From SAR202 cluster bacterium (lineage in GTDB: Bacteria; Chloroflexota; Dehalococcoidia; UBA6926; VFHL01), in assembly GCA_009392005.1 (NCBI GenBank), contig VFHL01000001.1:87966-151965 (forward strand): 64,000 nucleotides of DNA. Direction: 5' to 3'. The translations under genes and the position numbers were made by a program. Of this stretch, positions 1-8,496 are shown piece after piece (within the stretch, counting starts at the first letter, position 1; every line of letters begins with the position of its first letter). Below the pieces are notes generated by a model. It was given only the letters and a program-made list of their open reading frames with translations, was not told the origin of the DNA and ran no database searches.

Positions 1-260
1 TGCTCGATGAACATTGGCATGAAAAAAAGAAAATGTCTTCGTCGATCTCTTCACCAGATATAGATCGCTGGTATACAGTTGCTAAAGATCATGGGGCAGT
101 TGGTGGTAAAGTAATGGGAGCCGGCGGTGGAGGATTCTTTATGCTATATGTTGAATCTCAAAATAAGAATCAATTGCGAAAAAGTTTAACCGATCTTGGG
201 TTACGTCCCATTCGTTTTGCAATTGATTATGGAGGTTCGAGGATCGTCGGTAATTTTTAA
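1..260 (+). CDS. GHMP-family sugar kinase, C-terminal fragment (gene start lies upstream of window); likely heptose-7-phosphate kinase (HddA-like)
   Basis: Frame is open back to nt 3. Glycine-rich GHMP C-terminal motif 'GKVMGAGGGGFFMLYV'. Directly upstream of a GmhA-like isomerase. Confidence 0.6.
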   Translation, partial: LDEHWHEKKKMSSSISSPDIDRWYTVAKDHGAVGGKVMGAGGGGFFMLYVESQNKNQLRKSLTDLGLRPIRFAIDYGGSRIVGNF

Positions 261-275
261 TAACAGAGGGATATT

Positions 276-899
276 ATGGCTATCAATTCTTTACACGAAA
301 CTTATTTTAAAAAGCTTGAGAAAATGACCCGTGATTTTATGGACAGCCAAGCGGATGATTTGGAAAAATCGGTTGATCTATTGGTCGATGCATGGGAAAA
401 CGGCAAGTGCATTTATTCTTTTGGTAATGGTGGGTCTGCATCAACCGCGAGCCATCTTGCTTGCGATCTTGCGAAATTCACGATTATCCCAGGCAAGCCG
501 CGTTTGAAGGCTTTATGTCTTAACGATAATCCCTCGCTTGTCAGTGCTTGGACAAACGATTCTGGATTCGGCACAATTTTTGCAGAGCAATTAGAACCTT
601 GGATCGATGAAGGAGATGTTCTTATACCGATTTCAGTGCATGGGGGCTCTGGATCAGGCGATGCTGGCCCGTGGTCACAAAACCTGGCTCAGGCAGTTAA
701 TCTGGGCAAGGAACGAGGCGCTAAAACTATAGGCTTGTCAGGGTTTGATGGGGGATTTTTGGGCGAACAGGCAGATATCTGCCTCGTTGCGCCAATGGAT
801 GAAGAACCCTGGGGGACGCCACTGATTGAATCTTTTCATGTTGCGTTGCATCACTTGCTTTGCCTAGCGGTGAAGGAAAGGATTCAACATTCTGCTTAG
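276..899 (+). CDS. gmhA: SIS-domain sedoheptulose-7-phosphate isomerase (GmhA-like)
   Basis: 'SFGNGGSAS...HLACDL' and 'GDVLIPISVHGGSG', 'GAKTIGLSGFDGG' align by eye to the GmhA phosphoheptose isomerase. ATG at 276 sits 9 nt after a 'gaggga' RBS. Confidence 0.7.
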   Translation: MAINSLHETYFKKLEKMTRDFMDSQADDLEKSVDLLVDAWENGKCIYSFGNGGSASTASHLACDLAKFTIIPGKPRLKALCLNDNPSLVSAWTNDSGFGTIFAEQLEPWIDEGDVLIPISVHGGSGSGDAGPWSQNLAQAVNLGKERGAKTIGLSGFDGGFLGEQADICLVAPMDEEPWGTPLIESFHVALHHLLCLAVKERIQHSA

Positions 900-1001
900 C
901 AGATCTTGTTTGTTGATTGGTGTGAACGAGATGATCATATGCTATGGATTTGATTTGCGGGCGCCGAGCATTGTTACTTCAACGAAAGCGGCGAGTTTCG
1001 C

Positions 1002-2003
1002 ATGAAGGTGGGTATTATTGGAGCGGGACGGCAGGGATGGCGCCGAGCTCAAGCCATTGATGTATCCCGCGATGACATCACATTTGTATCAGATATTGAT
1101 GCTCAGGCTGCAGAAAATCTTGCTGTAGTTTATCGGGCGAACCACACAGTCAATTGGCAGGATGTGGTGCGTGATTCAAACGTTGATTCTGTCATTGTTT
1201 GCACTCCTCCCCTTTTTCACGCGGAAATTGTGACCTCTGCTCTTGAAAATGGCAAGCATGTTTTGTGTGAAAAGCCTCTAGCAAGAAATTTGAAAGAAGC
1301 ACAAGATATTTTTCATGCATCTGTGTCAAATGCGGTCAAATTGAAATGTGGTTTTAACTATCGTCATTTCCCTGCCATTAAACAAGCCAAACAGTGGTGT
1401 GACCAAGGCGTAATCGGTGACCTTCTATTGATGCGTTGCAGGCACGGCATCGGTGGGCGTCAAGATTACGATAGTGAATGGCGTGTGCAGAGCAGCGTCA
1501 GCGGTGGCGGAGAATTAATCGATCAGGGATCTCATGTTGTTGATCTATTCAGGTGGTTTATGGGTGAGTTTTCTGAGGTGTTTGGCATTACCGAAACCTC
1601 ATATTGGGATATTGAACCTGTAGAAGATAACGCGTTTGGGTTGCTTCGACAGCCCAACAACCGCATTTCCTCGTTCCATGTGAGTTGGACGCAGTGGAAA
1701 AATCTTTTCTCTCTTGAAATCATTGGGTCGAAAGGATCTATTTCAGTAGATGGAATAGGTGGGAGTTACGGTTCGCAGGAAGTGGTTTTGGCTGGAAGAA
1801 ATGATGCTGATTCAGATATGAATAAGCGCATCGAATTTCGTGGTGTTAGCGAAACATGGATCGCTGAATGGCAAGAATTTAGTGACGCTATTAAAGACAA
1901 TCGCGAGCCGATGGCGAATGCGAAGGATGGACTCGAGGCGGTGCGTTTGATTGATGCGCTTTATAGATCAAGTGAACTTGGTCAACCGATCACAATAAAC
2001 TAG
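1002..2003 (+). CDS. Gfo/Idh/MocA-family NAD(P)-dependent oxidoreductase (paralog 1)
   Basis: N-terminal Rossmann 'MKVGIIGAGRQG', 'CEKPLA', 'KCGFNYRH', 'GIGGR' family motifs. Confidence 0.75.
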   Translation: MKVGIIGAGRQGWRRAQAIDVSRDDITFVSDIDAQAAENLAVVYRANHTVNWQDVVRDSNVDSVIVCTPPLFHAEIVTSALENGKHVLCEKPLARNLKEAQDIFHASVSNAVKLKCGFNYRHFPAIKQAKQWCDQGVIGDLLLMRCRHGIGGRQDYDSEWRVQSSVSGGGELIDQGSHVVDLFRWFMGEFSEVFGITETSYWDIEPVEDNAFGLLRQPNNRISSFHVSWTQWKNLFSLEIIGSKGSISVDGIGGSYGSQEVVLAGRNDADSDMNKRIEFRGVSETWIAEWQEFSDAIKDNREPMANAKDGLEAVRLIDALYRSSELGQPITIN

Positions 2004-2021
2004 GATTTTTGGAGGACTATA

Positions 2022-3038
2022 ATGTTAAAGGTTGCGATGATTGGGGCCAATTTGCAGGGAAGACGGAGAGGTCCTGTGATCCAAGAACTTCCGGAGTCCG
2101 AATTGGTTTTAGTGACAGCCGGGCATCTTGAAAGGGCGCAGGTGCTCGCTGACGAGCTTCAATGCGAAGCTTCCACTGGATGGGATGAAGCGGTTCAAAG
2201 GGATGATATAGACGCTGTAGTGATTTGTACGCCCACGCATCTTCACCTCCCTGCTGCGCTTGCTGCGATTGAAAATGGGAAACATGTTCTGTGTGAGAAA
2301 CCACTTGGACTTGATGTTGAAGAAGCCGAAAAAATCGAACAGGCCGCGCGAGCTGCAGGAGTGATATTGAAATGCGGATTCAATCATCGTCATCATCCAG
2401 GACTGCAGCAGGCTCATCAATGGATAAAAGACGGGGAAATCGGTGAGGTGATGTTCGCCCGATGTCGATATGGCATTGGTGGTCGTCCGGGATATGAAAA
2501 TGAATGGCGAGCTGATCCCAAAATAGTTGGTGGCGGGCATTTACTTGAGCATGGTATTCATGCAATCGATTTGTTTCGATGGTTTGTTGGTGATCCCTCA
2601 CAAGTTTTTGGCTACACAAACACCTCTTTTTGGGATATGGAACCCTTGGAAGATAATGCGTTTGCACTTTTGAGGACGCAAACTGGCGTTGTTTTCTCAC
2701 TTCATTCGAGCCTGACGCAATGGACGAATCTTTTTTCGTACGAAATTTATGGTCACGAGGGATATATTCAAGTTGAAGGTCTTGGAGGCAGTTATGGTGT
2801 TGAGAAAGCCTCTTTAGGAAAGCGAGACTTTACAGCACCGTTTTCGGACCAAACAATTCAGTATCGTGGTGCCGACCGTTCGTGGTACGAGGAATGGCGA
2901 GAATTTGTTGCTGCGGTTCAGGAGAATCGCGAGCCGCTTGCTAATGGAGTTGACGGAGTGGAAGCATTACGTGTTGTTCACGCGATTTATGAATCTGCGC
3001 AAGATGGTAAGGTTGTGTTACTTTCGCAAGATCAATAA
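2022..3038 (+). CDS. Gfo/Idh/MocA-family NAD(P)-dependent oxidoreductase (paralog 2, tandem)
   Basis: Same motif set ('CEKPLG', 'KCGFNHRH', 'GIGGRPGYENEWR', 'DLFRWF') as the upstream gene, roughly 50% identical by eye. 18-nt spacer with RBS 'ggagga'. Confidence 0.75.
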   Translation: MLKVAMIGANLQGRRRGPVIQELPESELVLVTAGHLERAQVLADELQCEASTGWDEAVQRDDIDAVVICTPTHLHLPAALAAIENGKHVLCEKPLGLDVEEAEKIEQAARAAGVILKCGFNHRHHPGLQQAHQWIKDGEIGEVMFARCRYGIGGRPGYENEWRADPKIVGGGHLLEHGIHAIDLFRWFVGDPSQVFGYTNTSFWDMEPLEDNAFALLRTQTGVVFSLHSSLTQWTNLFSYEIYGHEGYIQVEGLGGSYGVEKASLGKRDFTAPFSDQTIQYRGADRSWYEEWREFVAAVQENREPLANGVDGVEALRVVHAIYESAQDGKVVLLSQDQ

Positions 3039-3061
3039 CAAGCTATAGGGTTTAGGACATT

Positions 3062-4210
3062 ATGAAGATCGCTATCATTTCAGATACTTTGTATCCCTTC
3101 GTTAAGGGGGGGGCAGATAAGCGTTATCATGAAATTGCGAAGTATTTAGTTGCTCAGGGGCATGAGGTCCATGTATTTACCTTGCGGTGGTGGGGTGATG
3201 AGAAATCAATCCTTCGTGACGGGATGAGATTTCATGGAGTGTGTGATCCTATGCCTTTATACGTTAAAGGCCGGCGATCGATTCGTGAGGCAATAGTTTT
3301 CGCGATGGCTCTGCCATGGAGTTTAATGCGGCATCGTTTTGATGTGATTGAATGCAATGTGAATCCTTTCTTGCATTGTTTCCCCATCAGGGTTATTTCG
3401 TGGATTTACCGTACCAAATTGGTGTTCGGTTTGTGGGAATGTTGGGGCAATTATTGGTTTGACTATCTCGGTGCCAGAGGGATCATGGGATGGCTTATGG
3501 AGCGCCTAGCGATAATGCTGCCAAATAAGATCATTGTGGAAAGTCAGTCGAACAAAGATATACTAGTATCATGGGGTGTGAATCCTAAAAAGATTTCACG
3601 GATTCCGAGTGGGGTTCATTTCAGCATGATACAAGATGTTCCCAAAGCGGATGGCAAGTTGGATCTTATTGTTGTGGGTCGAATGATTCGAGCAAAGGGA
3701 GCACATACGTTTCTTAACGCGTTGCCAAAAGTGATTGAACAAAATTCTTCTTTACGCGTAGGGATTGTAGGAGACGGACCGGAGATGGAAAATTTGAGGC
3801 AGATTAGCTCAAGTTTAGGATTAGATTCATATATAGAGTTTTATGGTTTTGTTCCCGAAGAAAAAGATGTTATTGCATTAATGAAGACAGCTAAAATTTT
3901 TGTTTACCCCGCTGCGATGGAAGGCGGATGGGCACTGACCGCTATAGAAGCAAACGCGAGTGGCCTCCCGACGATTGGTGTTGAAAAGGGAGATCTCGGA
4001 ATAACTGAGGCGGTCATTGAAGGGTTTAATGGAGTGTTAATTCCTGAAGAAAATGAGGATCTTTTAGCAGAGAAGATTAATGAAGTTCTTAAGGACGATA
4101 ATGCAAGGTCTAATATGAGTGCAAATGCTGTTGATTTTGCTCGTCAACATGACTGGCATGATCTTGCAAACCAAATAGAAAATGTATACGAAGAAGTGTA
4201 TGGGCGTTGA
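3062..4210 (+). CDS. GT4-family (group 1) glycosyltransferase
   Basis: C-terminal EX7E-type motif 'EGGWALTAIEANASGLPTIG...EAVIEGFNGVLIP'. N-terminal 'MKIAIISDTLYPFVKGGADK' typical of GT4. Confidence 0.75.
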   Translation: MKIAIISDTLYPFVKGGADKRYHEIAKYLVAQGHEVHVFTLRWWGDEKSILRDGMRFHGVCDPMPLYVKGRRSIREAIVFAMALPWSLMRHRFDVIECNVNPFLHCFPIRVISWIYRTKLVFGLWECWGNYWFDYLGARGIMGWLMERLAIMLPNKIIVESQSNKDILVSWGVNPKKISRIPSGVHFSMIQDVPKADGKLDLIVVGRMIRAKGAHTFLNALPKVIEQNSSLRVGIVGDGPEMENLRQISSSLGLDSYIEFYGFVPEEKDVIALMKTAKIFVYPAAMEGGWALTAIEANASGLPTIGVEKGDLGITEAVIEGFNGVLIPEENEDLLAEKINEVLKDDNARSNMSANAVDFARQHDWHDLANQIENVYEEVYGR

Positions 4211-4278
4211 TGCAATATTTATTGAGGGAAAGAAAATGTGTTTTGTGAAACATTTTTTTTCATTCAGGTGAGGAGCGT

Positions 4279-4968
4279 TTGGTGCCAAGTGTTACAGTCG
4301 TAATCCCTGCTCTTAATGAAGAGTTAGCAATTGAAGATACGATCCAGAAGATCCCCCGAGAGGATCTTGAAAGTTCGGGGTTTCCTACCGAAGTCCTTGT
4401 TGTAGACAATGGATCAACGGATAAGACGGCAGAATACGCGACGGATGCTGGTGCACGTGTAATTGCACAACCGAATCGTGGTTATGGTTGGGCATTGTGG
4501 ACAGGTTTTGTGAATGCCGAAGGCGATATTATTGTCACAATTGATGCAGATATGACATATCCAGCAGACATGATTCCAGACTTGGTAAACACGCTTGTTG
4601 AAAAAGATCTTGATTTCTTGACCACAAATCGCTTTGCACAAATGGAATCTGGCGCCATGAATTGGAGAAATCAATTTGGCAATCGGGTTCTTTCGCTAGC
4701 TGCACGTGTTTTGTTCCAGATTCCGTTTGTTGATTCACAATCTGGGATGTGGGTGTTTCGACGAGCAATCTTGGAGAAAATCAAATTAAGGTCACGTGGT
4801 ATGCCTTTGTCAGAGGAGATTAAGATTGAGGCTGCTTACTTCGCGAAATTGCGTTGCATCGAAGTACCAATTCCATACGCACGTCGCCAAGGACCAGTGA
4901 AGCTCCGTGCTTGGCGGGATGGGATGGAGAATTTACTATATCTGTTTTACAAGCGCGTGCGGCGGTGA
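4279..4968 (+). CDS. GT2-family glycosyltransferase (DPM1/polyprenyl-phosphate sugar transferase-like)
   Basis: 'VVIPALNEE', 'VVDNGSTDKT', 'DADMTYP' GT2 motifs. GTG start with GAGGAG RBS 8 nt upstream. Confidence 0.7.
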   Translation: MVPSVTVVIPALNEELAIEDTIQKIPREDLESSGFPTEVLVVDNGSTDKTAEYATDAGARVIAQPNRGYGWALWTGFVNAEGDIIVTIDADMTYPADMIPDLVNTLVEKDLDFLTTNRFAQMESGAMNWRNQFGNRVLSLAARVLFQIPFVDSQSGMWVFRRAILEKIKLRSRGMPLSEEIKIEAAYFAKLRCIEVPIPYARRQGPVKLRAWRDGMENLLYLFYKRVRR

Positions 4969-4981
4969 TGTTGGTTATCTG

Positions 4982-5917
4982 ATGAGATGTCTTATTACAG
5001 GTGCAACTGGATTCTTTGGATCCCACTTGACGTTGGTCTTGGCGCAAACGACGGATTGGACGTTGTATGGTACGAGCCACAAGAATCCGCAACGTCTTAC
5101 GATTCCTCAAGAACATATTCAACTGACTCAGTGCGATTTTCGCGATCAAACAGCGGTTGATGCTCTTGTTCAAAACATTCAGCCTGATTTAATTTTTCAT
5201 CTTGCCGCACAAAGTTTACCTGCTGATTCGTGGCGGAATCCTCGAGATACCCTCGACGCAAATGTTTTGGGTTCAATTAACTTATATGAAGCAGCAAAAA
5301 AACAGGAGAATTCTCCTCGAGTGGTCTTTGTTGGATCGAGCGCGGAGTATGGCTCTGGAACAAAAGAAGGTGCGTTACTTGTAGAGGATTCTCCGCTGGA
5401 ACCAGTTAATCCGTACGGTGTTAGTAAACTAGCAGCGGATTTGATGGCACAAAATTATTATGCGGCAGGCTTGTTAGATATCATTCGGGTACGCCCATTT
5501 CTCATTATTGGTGTTGGTAAAACAGGAGACGCCTGTTCTGATTTTTCACGCGGAGTTGTTGCGATCGAACGTGAACAGAGTAGTGCTCTTCGAGTTGGGA
5601 ATCTTAGTTCGGTGCGTGATTTTGTAGCGGTACAAGATGCTTCGAGGGCATTAATATTGATTGCCAATCATGGGGAATCGGGCGAGGTTTATAATTTGTG
5701 CTCAGGTATAGGGCATTCTATGCAAGAAGTTCTTGATCTAATCGTTTCAAATGCCGAACGTGAAATCATTATCGAACAAGATGCGAAACGTTTGCGGCCA
5801 ACAGATGAGTTGCAACTGGTGGGCGACTCAACGAAGTTGCAATCTTTAGGTTGGAAACCTGAGGTATCTTTAGAGACCGCCTTAGTAGAAATATTGGAGT
5901 ATTGGCGGCGTAACTAA
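4982..5917 (+). CDS. NAD-dependent epimerase/dehydratase (extended SDR; GDP-4-keto-6-deoxy sugar reductase Rmd-like)
   Basis: 'MRCLITGATGFFGSHL' Rossmann motif starts at ATG 4982. The longer track ORF from 4907 overlaps the GT2 gene and is rejected as the N-terminus. Confidence 0.7.
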   Translation: MRCLITGATGFFGSHLTLVLAQTTDWTLYGTSHKNPQRLTIPQEHIQLTQCDFRDQTAVDALVQNIQPDLIFHLAAQSLPADSWRNPRDTLDANVLGSINLYEAAKKQENSPRVVFVGSSAEYGSGTKEGALLVEDSPLEPVNPYGVSKLAADLMAQNYYAAGLLDIIRVRPFLIIGVGKTGDACSDFSRGVVAIEREQSSALRVGNLSSVRDFVAVQDASRALILIANHGESGEVYNLCSGIGHSMQEVLDLIVSNAEREIIIEQDAKRLRPTDELQLVGDSTKLQSLGWKPEVSLETALVEILEYWRRN

Positions 5918-5988
5918 TTTAATTTCGGTATATTGTGGTCATTTGTAGATATATGTAGCGAGTCCTTTCTGATAAAAGAGTGTAAATT

Positions 5989-6510
5989 TTGAAAGACCGG
6001 CCAATTCTGTACTCTGAGAAACAGCGGTTTCGCCAATGGTGGATTTGGGTACTTATTCTTCCAACCCCGATGGTTTGCCTTTGGGGGATGTTTCAGCAGA
6101 TTATCTTGGGTGTTCCATTTGGGAATGCTCCGGCGAATGATTTGTTTTTGATATTAATCGCGGTTGTATTTGGTTTGGGGTTGCCTCTATTTATATATAA
6201 GGCCGGGCTCGATACTGAAGTGACGGATCGTGAAGTGAGGATTCGCTTCAGACCGATTCATAGGGATTGGGTGAGGTATGATTTTGATCAAATCGAAAAT
6301 GTCGAGGTTCATATTTATAACCCCATTCGGGACTATGGTGGATGGGGAATTCGTTATGGGAGATTGGGTAAGGCATACAATGTGAGTGGGAACGCAGGAG
6401 TTCTTGTAACATTGAAAAATGGGACTCGAGTTTTGATTGGCTCTGGATTACACGAAATTCTAAGCGGCATAATTTTTGATCAGATGCAACGGTGTTCAAA
6501 CAATACTTAG
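5989..6510 (+). CDS. membrane protein with two N-terminal TM helices and a bacterial PH-like (YdbS/DUF304-type) domain
   Basis: Two hydrophobic helices followed by a beta-rich 'VTDREVRIRFRP...GTRVLIGSG' segment. TTG start is uncertain; an alternative ATG lies downstream. Confidence 0.4.
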   Translation: MKDRPILYSEKQRFRQWWIWVLILPTPMVCLWGMFQQIILGVPFGNAPANDLFLILIAVVFGLGLPLFIYKAGLDTEVTDREVRIRFRPIHRDWVRYDFDQIENVEVHIYNPIRDYGGWGIRYGRLGKAYNVSGNAGVLVTLKNGTRVLIGSGLHEILSGIIFDQMQRCSNNT

Positions 6511-6547
6511 AGCTAAGTTTTTTCGGCTGTCATTGCAAAGAGTGTGG

Positions 6548-8230
6548 TCAGTTTTGAATATCCTCGCTAAGTTCTTCCGCTTGTTTCAAATCGTTTGCAT
6601 CAGGCCTAAATTGCGCATATAAGATCTTTTCAGTGATGCTTGTAAGTTCAGTGAATGCCGTGTTAGTGGTGGGTCCAACTAAGCCTACGAGGTCTCGTAA
6701 CGTTTGGTATGGATTAAGATCAAGGTTGAATTTTCTTGCCAAGTTATTCACAACAGCCAGGTAAATTAGGACAATCTGTTTCCCGTAGTTTGAAATCTTT
6801 CCGTCAGTTGATTCGCTAGCAAGATTAGTAGTCTCATTTGTTCTTATTGTATTTCCTTGAGATACGCTGAATTCGGGTTCATTCTTAGCGGTTGCTAAAA
6901 GTGTTGTTCGTCGGCGTGCGGATTTGAGTACCAGCATTGTGATTAGATATAAAACAAGCACAACAACGAAAGCTATACTGGTTGCATTGACGGCCAGCAA
7001 GGATATTGTAGTCTGTTTTGCTTGGTTCCACGGTTCTTCTGGTTCGACCAAAACAGATAGTTTATGTGACCCCAAGATCATCGCTCCTATCGGCAAATTC
7101 AGGGATCCTTGGAATCTACCGTTTGAGTCGCTCACTACTTCTGTTGCGTGACTCCCTCGTTCAACCCGAACGACTGCATTTTGGAGTGGCCCGAACGTAG
7201 TTTCAACATGGCCTGTAAAATCAAGGTTCCATGGTATTAAACTGAACTGTTTTGCGGAAAGTGACACTTTGGGAGTCAAATGGTGAACTTGCGTTAAACC
7301 AGACTTTTGCACTCGCTCAAATACCTGTTGTTTTTGAACCTCTAGAGTTATTTCGTGTGTGCCACGGCCTGCATATTCAGGCACCATGACAGTTAATTCA
7401 AAATTCCGTTTCGCGGGATATACCCCTAAGACAGTTTTGTCAAAAATCAGACCAACCAAAAACGTAGTTTCATCCGGTTTGTTTGGTGAATGAACGGGTT
7501 CTGTATATCCGATGGGGAAAATGGTTCCTGAAATGGTCATCGGACGGCCTGGGTAGATCACTTCTGGCGCATCAAATTGTAACGATACCGGATATGTTCC
7601 GATCCAACTAAGTGTCTGTCTGCGTTCATCATTGGGATTCAATACGACCTCGGTGAGAGTGTTGCTATCGTTTTTGAATCGCACCCATACGCTATTGATT
7701 TTATTCACAAGAGATGAAAGCTTTTCGTAGGCATCAGATATGGGCGTATCTATTGCATCAGCCACGATTCCAAATCGGTCCCCAAGGTTTTCTGTGGCAG
7801 TATCAAGGTCTGCCATAATGAGCTTTGCTTGTACGAGGGATTTATCTGCTAGTTTCAAGTTCTCTAGCGCGGCGAGATCTTGGCCCATTGCGATGAATTC
7901 TTCTGCCTTAGCTAATGAATAGTCCGAATTATTTAGGCGGTCTCCTAGCGTGGCGAGGAGATCAGTGTATCGGCCCAACATGAAGCGATATTCTGAAGGT
8001 ATGTTTGCGGTGCCTAACTGCGAAATGTGTGTTTGGAATTCTGAGTATTTCGCGTCTTCTAATATTTCCAATCCGACGCCAATGTATGTGAATAGGGCAA
8101 CCTGATTTAGTTCTGATTGTGCGACACTTGGATCCACATGAGGAGGAGGCGATTGTGCATGTACATTGGGAATGAACAAGATCTTTAAAGTAAATGCGAT
8201 AAAGAAAGAGCTGAGGATGATTTTTTTCAC
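6548..8230 (-). CDS. cell-surface protein of unknown function (signal peptide, large ectodomain, single TM, roughly 130-aa cytoplasmic tail)
   Basis: N-terminal 'MKKIILSSFFIAFTLKILFIPNVHAQ' signal peptide. Internal TM 'IAFVVVLVLYLITMLVL' followed by 'KSARRR'. GTG start overlaps the stop of the upstream gene (TAGTG). Confidence 0.5.
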   Translation of the reverse strand: MKKIILSSFFIAFTLKILFIPNVHAQSPPPHVDPSVAQSELNQVALFTYIGVGLEILEDAKYSEFQTHISQLGTANIPSEYRFMLGRYTDLLATLGDRLNNSDYSLAKAEEFIAMGQDLAALENLKLADKSLVQAKLIMADLDTATENLGDRFGIVADAIDTPISDAYEKLSSLVNKINSVWVRFKNDSNTLTEVVLNPNDERRQTLSWIGTYPVSLQFDAPEVIYPGRPMTISGTIFPIGYTEPVHSPNKPDETTFLVGLIFDKTVLGVYPAKRNFELTVMVPEYAGRGTHEITLEVQKQQVFERVQKSGLTQVHHLTPKVSLSAKQFSLIPWNLDFTGHVETTFGPLQNAVVRVERGSHATEVVSDSNGRFQGSLNLPIGAMILGSHKLSVLVEPEEPWNQAKQTTISLLAVNATSIAFVVVLVLYLITMLVLKSARRRTTLLATAKNEPEFSVSQGNTIRTNETTNLASESTDGKISNYGKQIVLIYLAVVNNLARKFNLDLNPYQTLRDLVGLVGPTTNTAFTELTSITEKILYAQFRPDANDLKQAEELSEDIQN

Positions 8231-8496
8231 TAGATTGTTTCCGGTTGCAAAAGAATCCCAATACTATTTACAGCAAGGAGAGCCAAGAATCCAACAAAAA
8301 ATACTGCGCTAACTGAATTTAGGGCTCTTCGAGAGCTTGGCTGCAAGTTGGTAAAAAGGATCGTAATAATCATATATTCGCCGATCAAGATTGAAAGATA
8401 TAGATCTAACTTGGTTTGGTTGAAGAAAGTTAGTACAACTATGGTGGCCATGAACACGGAGGTTAGAGATATTATGTATTGGTCGTATGTTTTCAT
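8230..8496 (-). CDS. small integral membrane protein (3 predicted TM helices)
   Basis: 88 aa, three hydrophobic segments. ATG immediately follows the stop of the upstream gene (TAAATG), so translationally coupled. Confidence 0.5.
   Translation of the reverse strand: MKTYDQYIISLTSVFMATIVVLTFFNQTKLDLYLSILIGEYMIITILFTNLQPSSRRALNSVSAVFFVGFLALLAVNSIGILLQPETI

Noticed and set aside
4907-4981. Upstream extension of the epimerase/dehydratase ORF (track start 4907) overlapping the GT2 gene by 62 nt
   Set aside because: The Rossmann motif 'MRCLITGATGFFGS' begins at ATG 4982, right after the GT2 stop (4966-4968). The extension has no family-typical sequence and would overlap the coding 3' end of the GT2 gene.
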